A stretch of DNA of 28,481 bases from a virus (taxonomy: Duplodnaviria > Caudoviricetes), in the IMG/VR virus record IMGVR_UViG_3300017785_006837, positions 1 to 28,481 of that record, one strand, 5' to 3'. Positions 17,611 through 23,968 of the stretch are shown piece by piece. Under the pieces are notes generated by a model. It was not told the origin of the DNA and did no database searches. It saw nothing but the letters and a program-made list of their open reading frames with translations. A program made the translations under genes and the position numbers. The first letter of the stretch is position 1. Every line of letters starts with the position of its first letter.

Positions 17611-17973
17611 ATGAGAAAAATCATTGGAAACGCGTTTAGCCTGCAAATGCTTATGGATAGCATTGCAGATGTACAAGTGTCTCCTATCAATAAAGAGGAG
17701 ATAGCATTCAATGAATGCGAATCTGCAATTGGTCATCAAGATCTTGCAGATCACTTAAATGTACCTATGAATAGGGTAAACACAAAGTTGTCTAATAATG
17801 ACATACTTTACGTTGCTCAGTTTATGGGTGGTAGATTGGCTGAAGGTACTACAATGCTTCAGGCTGAACAAATGGGTTTGTTGCAGTTTTTTCAAATAAC
17901 TGTAAGTTACCCAGCTATAGAATATATGGCACAAATGGTTTTGGATAATCCAGAAGATCATGGATTAATCTAA
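17611..17973 (+). CDS. acrIII-1: DUF1874 / STIV B116-like protein; putative AcrIII-1 cA4 ring nuclease (anti-CRISPR)
   Basis: GNAFSLQM, SAIGHQDLA (catalytic GH), NRVNTKL...DILYVAQ and GGRLAEG motifs; 120 aa. Confidence 0.82.
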   Translation: MRKIIGNAFSLQMLMDSIADVQVSPINKEEIAFNECESAIGHQDLADHLNVPMNRVNTKLSNNDILYVAQFMGGRLAEGTTMLQAEQMGLLQFFQITVSYPAIEYMAQMVLDNPEDHGLI

Positions 17974-18055
17974 AAAATCTCGCAGGTTGTAGAGCATCCA
18001 CTATTTAGTGGCTCTGCTCTCACCTATTTTCTATTCACATTCTAATTTAAAAACA

Positions 18056-18856
18056 ATGAAAAATCCTTTTAATTTACAAACAATGAAGAATATTGAAATT
18101 AATGTATCCGAACTGTTTTTATTGAATAACTTCTTTAATAATAAAGTACCTCAAAAAGTAATTGATGAGTATTTTACTAAAAAGAATTATCGTTCTAATG
18201 CAAAAGACTATAAAGAAGGTAGTGCAAAATACTTAGCTGAAATAGCTAAAGATGAAGAAATTGCTTTATTACCTACTCATAACATTGTAGAGAATTTTCA
18301 CGGACTTACTATTAAATTAGATTATAGTAACAAAGTAGAATTTAGCATATTAACTTATACATATACACGATCAGGGTATGATTATGATATGGAAGAGTCT
18401 TATGAAGTAGAGGTAACTGCAAAGTTTCTTTGTAAAAATGTGCATTGGGCTACAGATATAGTTACATCTATAGATGAATTACTGGTTCAAGATGATGTTA
18501 AAACTTTATTGTTTATGCATCAAAAAGAAGAGTTAAAACTCAATATTCGTAAAAACCTTGAAAGTTTAGGTAATTGTTTTAGTTTTCTACTGCAAGAGAT
18601 AGTATTAGAGGCTCATTTAGAATTTAAGCCTGTAAAATATTACTCAGAGTATGCAAGTATGGGTCAGTGTGTAGTAATAGGAGATAAAAATGAAGAAACT
18701 GTATATAGTGAAACAGAACTTGAAAAGGTTTATCAAGATTATCTAGATAAAGTAAAGTTTTACGATCATGAAGATAGAGTCATTGAATATAGAAGCTATT
18801 TAGGTAGTTATCTTAAATTTCATAGAGAACATTCTTCTAAAGCAGCGCAGTTATAA
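18056..18856 (+). CDS. Hypothetical protein
   Basis: ATG at 18056 (or 18083) preferred over GTG 18008; acidic and Tyr-rich. Confidence 0.75.
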   Translation: MKNPFNLQTMKNIEINVSELFLLNNFFNNKVPQKVIDEYFTKKNYRSNAKDYKEGSAKYLAEIAKDEEIALLPTHNIVENFHGLTIKLDYSNKVEFSILTYTYTRSGYDYDMEESYEVEVTAKFLCKNVHWATDIVTSIDELLVQDDVKTLLFMHQKEELKLNIRKNLESLGNCFSFLLQEIVLEAHLEFKPVKYYSEYASMGQCVVIGDKNEETVYSETELEKVYQDYLDKVKFYDHEDRVIEYRSYLGSYLKFHREHSSKAAQL

Positions 18857-18871
18857 CTAGAGTAGTAAATT

Positions 18872-19557
18872 AATACAATGTGTTGAGGTGGGAGGCTATA
18901 CAGCTATACTCAATGCATTGTATTTTGTTAATGCACCACAGCTCACGTAGATATAAAGACTTTTTATAATCTCTACCAAAATCGGTAGGCAATCTGGTAG
19001 AACTCATTAAAAGAGAAAGACAGATATAATAAAATGTAAAACTACTTAATTAACTAAAGATGGAGATATCAAATTCTCTTATTGCTTGTGAAAACTTGCA
19101 GTATCTTCTAAATCTAGGATATTAGTTAATTAATTCCAAAGGGTGAGCAGTTGTAATACAAATACCTCATCCAAGGTATAATTGCATAATATTCTGAATA
19201 GGCTGGGAAGCTGAATAGGGATTTATGAATTAGTATTACAACTGAGTGCAGAAACACTTAAAACTTTGATATAACCTAAAAAGCATCTGATTTGAGTTAA
19301 ACACTACAGCTATTGGATTAGCAATCAGTTAGGAAATTTGCCGAAAATGCTTATCAAAGTTTTATATCTAATGTATGGTGAGGGTAGTACAAGATGTACA
19401 AGCCTACCGTGAGGTTTTAACAGAGAACGAAAAACTCTCTTAAATGTGGTAAAAGTCCACACCCTTGCCTACATTATTCTCAATCTAATTGTTTTGTAAT
19501 GAAATAAAATCTTTAACTAATTTCAATTTAGAAAAGATGAATAAGGATTACAAAACA
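18872..19557 (+). ncRNA. Putative large structured ncRNA or array of structured RNAs
   Basis: No ORF of 60 aa or more; five consecutive domains each closed by a long or multi-helix stem, several with G-U pairs that work on the + strand. Confidence 0.65.
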
Positions 19558-19571
19558 TTATATAATACTAT

Positions 19572-19645
19572 CTTTCTGTAGCTCAGTTGGATAGAGCAAC
19601 GCACTTCTAATGCGTAGGTCAGGGGTTCGAATCCCTTCAGGAAGA
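19572..19645 (+). tRNA. trnR: tRNA-Arg (anticodon UCU), CCA not encoded
   Basis: Acceptor CTTTCTG/CAGGAAG, D arm GCTC/GAGC, anticodon arm ACGCA-CTTCTAA-TGCGT, T arm AGGGG-TTCGAAT-CCCTT. Confidence 0.95.
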
Positions 19646-19677
19646 CATTTTTTTATTCACACTTAATAACTAAAACA

Positions 19678-19818
19678 ATGCAGTACTCAAAAGAAAACAC
19701 TTTGGTAAATGCCTCTAAAAAAGGTAGAAGAAGACTGGGAAGCTCAGTATTTATGGGCAATAGATTCCTTGGATTGAATTACCTGTGCTATTTAAACAAT
19801 CGTCATTGGTATGTTTAA
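19678..19818 (+). CDS. Small basic protein, 46 aa (MQYSKENTLVNASKKGRRR...)
   Basis: Manual translation; ATTCAC-N17 leader; overlaps the next start. Confidence 0.6.
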   Translation: MQYSKENTLVNASKKGRRRLGSSVFMGNRFLGLNYLCYLNNRHWYV

Positions 19819-19996
19819 AATAGAAAAAATTATCTTGTGTATTACACTAGGATTGTGTAGTACACAAGATTTTTATTTGTTAGTTAAACAAGATAGTGAA
19901 TACTGTTTTGTAAAAACAAATGAAACTGAAGCAAATTACCTAAAACTACCTATTGATACACAATATGTAGCAATCAAACAATTCAAAACTAAATAA
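19811..19996 (+). CDS. Small hypothetical protein
   Basis: 61-aa ORF. Confidence 0.6.
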   Translation: MFKIEKIILCITLGLCSTQDFYLLVKQDSEYCFVKTNETEANYLKLPIDTQYVAIKQFKTK

Positions 19997-19998
19997 CA

Positions 19999-20118
19999 AT
20001 GAAAAAACTATTGAGTTTATTTGTTTTAATGATCTTAGTATCATTAATGACAACATCATGTTCTTCTACTAAACATAAATGTAGAGGACTTTCAGCACAC
20101 CCTAATTATGGAAGATAG
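19999..20118 (+). CDS. Small lipoprotein, 39 aa
   Basis: MKK + hydrophobic core + TTS-C lipobox; mature peptide CSSTKHKCRGLSAHPNYGR. Confidence 0.7.
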   Translation: MKKLLSLFVLMILVSLMTTSCSSTKHKCRGLSAHPNYGR

Positions 20119-20269
20119 AGAATTTATTACTTATTTAACAGGTCTATTAGAACTGTTAACTACTAGGAAGGAAGGTGATGGGATATTACCTTATGAACAA
20201 TCTTCTGAAGAAGAAAGTCTTGAAAACAATACCTTAAAACTCTTAAACAAACTTATAAGTAAACAGTAA
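20108..20269 (+). CDS. Small hypothetical protein, 53 aa
   Basis: Manual translation MEDREFITYL...; overlaps both neighbours. Confidence 0.6.
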   Translation: MEDREFITYLTGLLELLTTRKEGDGILPYEQSSEEESLENNTLKLLNKLISKQ

Positions 20270-20436
20270 TGGAAGTATTTGTAATGATATTACTTTCATT
20301 GTTTTTTATCTTACTAATGATATATGCAATATTTGATGTTAAATTAGATTTAACTGATGATGGTGATCTTATAGCTTGGTATGGTAGGAAAGAAAGAAAG
20401 TTTATTTATTTAATCAAAGATGATCATTTATGGTAA
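20269..20436 (+). CDS. Small membrane-anchored protein, 55 aa
   Basis: MEVFVMILLSLFFILLMIYAIF N-terminal TM; TAATG coupling. Confidence 0.65.
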   Translation: MEVFVMILLSLFFILLMIYAIFDVKLDLTDDGDLIAWYGRKERKFIYLIKDDHLW

Positions 20437-20744
20437 ACTATGATGTGGGAGATACTGTCTATTGTGTAGATGACAGTATTTCCCCTGATAAAATACAAGA
20501 AATATCTCAAGATATGCCTAATTGGGTTAGTAGAGATAAAAAATACATTGTTAGAGGTTTTAATGATAACAATGATATTGTTGTTGGTGTTTTATTAGAA
20601 GAAGTAAAAAATCCTTTAAAATACTTTAAGTTAGTAAATAGAATGCAGGAACCTGCATTTGCTACTTGGAGATTTAAAAAGTCTGTGTCAGATGTTGAAG
20701 AAGAATCTGAACAGTTGGTCAAAGAACTATTGTTAACAATTTAA
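20430..20744 (+). CDS. Hypothetical protein (SH3/KOW-like N-terminus)
   Basis: YDVGDTVYCV start; 104 aa. Confidence 0.7.
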   Translation: MVNYDVGDTVYCVDDSISPDKIQEISQDMPNWVSRDKKYIVRGFNDNNDIVVGVLLEEVKNPLKYFKLVNRMQEPAFATWRFKKSVSDVEEESEQLVKELLLTI

Positions 20745-20754
20745 AACAAATAAA

Positions 20755-20958
20755 ATGAATTTTACAGGAACTGTAATGAAACTTGATGATGACTTTTTTG
20801 TTGTTACTAAAGATGAAAGAGTAAAACAAAAGGTATATCCTTTATACAAAGGAATGTATTTTGATAATCAAGAATTAGAATTTGAATTAATTCCAAACAA
20901 TTTAGAATCAGATGAGCAAGTAGAATATACTGCTCGTCCAACACTTTTTAGCAAATGA
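20755..20958 (+). CDS. Small hypothetical protein
   Basis: 67-aa ORF. Confidence 0.65.
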   Translation: MNFTGTVMKLDDDFFVVTKDERVKQKVYPLYKGMYFDNQELEFELIPNNLESDEQVEYTARPTLFSK

Positions 20959-21179
20959 AATGGACTAAGAAAGAACTTGATGTTCTTAATCAAAGTATTA
21001 CTACATATGGGGTGGTAGAAGGTTCTAGAGTAGCTTCAATGAAGTTACCTAGAACCAGTGCCTCATGTATGGCAAAATATTATTATAAAAAGAGTACTAA
21101 CCAGAAACTAAAAACAGAGTTTCACAAATTTCAATTTAAAAATGGTCAAGCTTTTGCAATTTTCAAAATCAAAGAATAA
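20955..21179 (+). CDS. Myb/SANT-like HTH DNA-binding protein
   Basis: KWTKKELDVL...YG...LPRTSASCMAKYY fits the W-T-x-x-E...R-T-xxx-C pattern. Confidence 0.6.
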   Translation: MKWTKKELDVLNQSITTYGVVEGSRVASMKLPRTSASCMAKYYYKKSTNQKLKTEFHKFQFKNGQAFAIFKIKE

Positions 21180-21312
21180 ACCAAAAAGATGGCAAGATGA
21201 TTTACCTCCTCTTCCAACTAAGGTAGTTAAGGCTTTTGATAAGCCTTTAAGTTACAATGAAATAGCTCAGAATATTAAACAACAACAAAAACAATTAGGA
21301 GTATGTATTTGA
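21142..21312 (+). CDS. Small hypothetical protein, 56 aa
   Basis: Manual translation MVKLLQFSKSKNKPKRWQDDLPP...; fills the gap between neighbours. Confidence 0.55.
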   Translation: MVKLLQFSKSKNKPKRWQDDLPPLPTKVVKAFDKPLSYNEIAQNIKQQQKQLGVCI

Positions 21313-21620
21313 GAAAAGAAAGATACGGGAATATAGTACAGCATTTTAATTTTAATATGCCATTTTTTTGGAATAAGGATGAATATGCTTATATTGACAA
21401 AAAAACAGGTATTACTAAAATTGGATCTAAATGGAGCCATGTAGAATCTCTGCATAAAGAAATTGAAGTAGAATCCTCATGGAGAGATTATTTTGCTTCA
21501 ATTGGTGACAATAAACAATCAAATAAATCGTATCACAGAGCGCAAGCTTTAAAGAAAAAACTATTTGAAGTAATTCAGATAGAAAAAGAGAAACTTTCAC
21601 AACAATATATTAAAAAGTAA
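21303..21620 (+). CDS. Hypothetical protein
   Basis: 105-aa ORF. Confidence 0.7.
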   Translation: MYLRKERYGNIVQHFNFNMPFFWNKDEYAYIDKKTGITKIGSKWSHVESLHKEIEVESSWRDYFASIGDNKQSNKSYHRAQALKKKLFEVIQIEKEKLSQQYIKK

Positions 21621-21644
21621 CAAACAATTTAAAAACTAAACATT

Positions 21645-22019
21645 ATGAAAAAAGTATTTAACACAGTAACGAACAAAGTAAATTATCAAGTAGCAGCTAA
21701 ACTAATTTCGATTGGAACTAATGTACTTGAAAATGTTAATGGAACACAATACCGTTTGTGTACCATCGAATTTAAAGATGCAAGTGGTAAATCTCATAGA
21801 GCAACAGCTTCTATTTGGGAGAAGTCATTTGCATATGGAATGGAAGTAGGTAATTCTTACCTGACTACAATTAATCCAGAAAAAAACGCTGAAACTGGCA
21901 AAACTGATCTTTATTTCAGTGTGTCCCATTTGGAAGGCACACCAGAGCGTATTACTGCTGAGGACATTGATCTTGATTTTGCTGAAGTACCAGTAACATC
22001 AGATGTAACATCAGCATAA
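21645..22019 (+). CDS. Putative single-stranded DNA-binding (OB-fold-like) protein
   Basis: Beta-strand pattern, acidic C-terminal tail (EDIDLDFAE), own terminator, directly upstream of the DNA polymerase. Confidence 0.5.
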   Translation: MKKVFNTVTNKVNYQVAAKLISIGTNVLENVNGTQYRLCTIEFKDASGKSHRATASIWEKSFAYGMEVGNSYLTTINPEKNAETGKTDLYFSVSHLEGTPERITAEDIDLDFAEVPVTSDVTSA

Positions 22020-22040
22020 TTTTAATTGTTTGTGAAAGTC

Positions 22041-22070
22041 AAAAGGGGGCTATTTAGGTAGCTCCCTTTT
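22041..22070 (+). terminator. Rho-independent terminator (possibly bidirectional)
   Basis: AAAAGGGGGCTA-TTTAGG-TAGCTCCCTTTT. Confidence 0.85.
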
Positions 22071-22087
22071 ATTTTAATTAATTAATT

Positions 22088-23938
22088 ATGATTTATTTAG
22101 TTACAGAAAATCTTCAGTTATTTGATAATGAAGATTATTGTTTAATACCAAAAGAAAATGCTTATAACTTGTTAAATCAAGTTGAAGAAATAGAAGTAGA
22201 TACTGAAACTACTGGGTTGGACCCACATACATGTAAATTATTAACTCAACAATTTGGTATAGGGGAACATCAATTAGTAATAGATAATAAAACTATTGAT
22301 CCCTGTTACTATAAAAACATATTAATAGATAGAGATAGAAAATTTATTTTTCAGAATGCAAAATTTGATTTAAAATTCTTTTTAAAACTAGGTATTGATA
22401 TACAAAATATATATGATACTTTTTTAGCTGAATGTGTTTTAACTACAGGGTTATTTAAACCAGGGTTAGGTTTAGATAGATTAGCTGAAAGATATTGTGG
22501 AGTTAAATTAGATAAATCTATTAGAGGTAACATTCATAAAGAAGGGTTAACTAATAGGGTTGTTAAATATTGTGCAGATGATGTTACTTGGTTGACTAAA
22601 ATTATGAAAGGTCAACTTATTAAAATTGAAGAATACAAATTAAATAATGTATTAGCTTTAGAAAATAAAGTAACTGAAGTATTTGCTAAAATGGAGTTTA
22701 ATGGTGTATATCTTAATAAGGAAAAATGGCTAGAAGTTGCAAAAACAACAGAAGCTGAAACTTTAAGGCTGGAAAGTATATTAGATAATATACTATTAAA
22801 TGAATCTAAGTTAAAAAAATTTCACCCTAAATATACACAAATTAATCTATTTGATTATGAAGAAAGAAAAGTAAATATTAACTGGGCTAGTCCTCAACAA
22901 AAATTAGATATTATTAAAACTTTAGGGTTTGATACTAAAACTGTTGGTGATAGATTTATGCAAGCTAATAAACATAAACATATATTAATTAAAGAACTAA
23001 TTGGTTATAGTAAATATAACAAACTAGCTTCTTCTTTTGGGAGGGGATTTTTTAAACATATAAATAAGGCTACAGATAAATTACATTACAATGTATGGCA
23101 AATTTTAAAAACAGGTAGAATATCTGTTAGCGATCCTAATCTAAGCCAAATTCCCTCTAAAGGAGAATTAGGTAAAGAAATTAGAAGTTGTTTTATTCCA
23201 AAACAAGGAAATGTTATTGTTGGTGGTGACTATTCAGGTATGGAGCTTAGAATTATAGCTGAATTTAGTAAAGATCCTTTATGGGTTAATACATTTAAAG
23301 AAGGTAAAGATTTACATTCTGTATTATGTGCAGCAACTTTTGATATTCCAATAACTGATGTTAAATTACCTTTTCCTGGAAAACCTGATATTACATACAG
23401 AGATATTCAAAAGACAATTAATTTTGGATTGGCTTATGGAATGTCTAAATTTAAATTAGCTGACACTATGCAAATAACTGTAGAAGAAGCTAATGTTATT
23501 ATTAAAAAGTTTTTTAAAGTAGTACCTAATGTAGAAAAATTTTTAACCATGTTGGGAGAATTGTCTAAAAATAGAGGGTTTATTAGAACTCCTCAACCTT
23601 ATGGTAGAATTAGATGGTTTGAAGGCTATGAAAATAAAGATGATTTTCAAAATCTAGGTAAAATTGAAAGGGCTGGTAAAAATACACCCATTCAAGGATG
23701 TAATGGCGATATATTAAAACTAGCACTAATTAAAGTACAAGCATTTATAGATAAACACAATCTTCCTATACAGATATTATTATCAGTGTATGATGAAATT
23801 CAAACTGAATGTCCTTTAGAATTATCTGAAGAATGGAAATTAAATTTAGATAAACTTATGATAGAAGCAGCTCAACATGTAATAAAAGAAACTCCAGTAA
23901 TTGTAGATTGTAAAATATCTAACTATTGGCAAAAATAA
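22088..23938 (+). CDS. polA: DNA polymerase family A with 3'-5' exonuclease, no 5' nuclease domain
   Basis: Exo I DTETTG, Exo II QNAKFD, Exo III YCADD; TGRIS; motif A DYSGMELR; motif B KTINFGLAYG; NTPIQG; motif C VYDE. Confidence 0.95.
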   Translation: MIYLVTENLQLFDNEDYCLIPKENAYNLLNQVEEIEVDTETTGLDPHTCKLLTQQFGIGEHQLVIDNKTIDPCYYKNILIDRDRKFIFQNAKFDLKFFLKLGIDIQNIYDTFLAECVLTTGLFKPGLGLDRLAERYCGVKLDKSIRGNIHKEGLTNRVVKYCADDVTWLTKIMKGQLIKIEEYKLNNVLALENKVTEVFAKMEFNGVYLNKEKWLEVAKTTEAETLRLESILDNILLNESKLKKFHPKYTQINLFDYEERKVNINWASPQQKLDIIKTLGFDTKTVGDRFMQANKHKHILIKELIGYSKYNKLASSFGRGFFKHINKATDKLHYNVWQILKTGRISVSDPNLSQIPSKGELGKEIRSCFIPKQGNVIVGGDYSGMELRIIAEFSKDPLWVNTFKEGKDLHSVLCAATFDIPITDVKLPFPGKPDITYRDIQKTINFGLAYGMSKFKLADTMQITVEEANVIIKKFFKVVPNVEKFLTMLGELSKNRGFIRTPQPYGRIRWFEGYENKDDFQNLGKIERAGKNTPIQGCNGDILKLALIKVQAFIDKHNLPIQILLSVYDEIQTECPLELSEEWKLNLDKLMIEAAQHVIKETPVIVDCKISNYWQK

Positions 23939-23968
23939 CAAACAACATTATTTTAAAAACAAACAACT

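Noticed and set aside
19233-19257. Hairpin or hammerhead ribozyme (AGAAACA and GTATTAC resemble hairpin-ribozyme loop B strands)
   Set aside because: Order and pairing do not fit, GTATTAC is within a helix, and no CTGANGA/GAAA core with proper stems was found
18872-19557. CRISPR array or mini-array
   Set aside because: The repeats are inverted and differ between units; there are no direct repeats with regular spacers
19599-19615. Amber suppressor tRNA (CTA appears in the loop CTTCTAA)
   Set aside because: With the 5-bp ACGCA/TGCGT stem and a 7-nt loop, the centred anticodon is TCT (Arg)
17755-22533. Minus-strand ORFs 17755, 20507, 21267 and 22351
   Set aside because: Antisense shadows of plus-strand genes with no recognisable features
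4794-23938. Introns or inteins in MCP, TerL or PolA
   Set aside because: Lengths and motif spacing look normal; no intein termini or homing endonuclease ORFs seen
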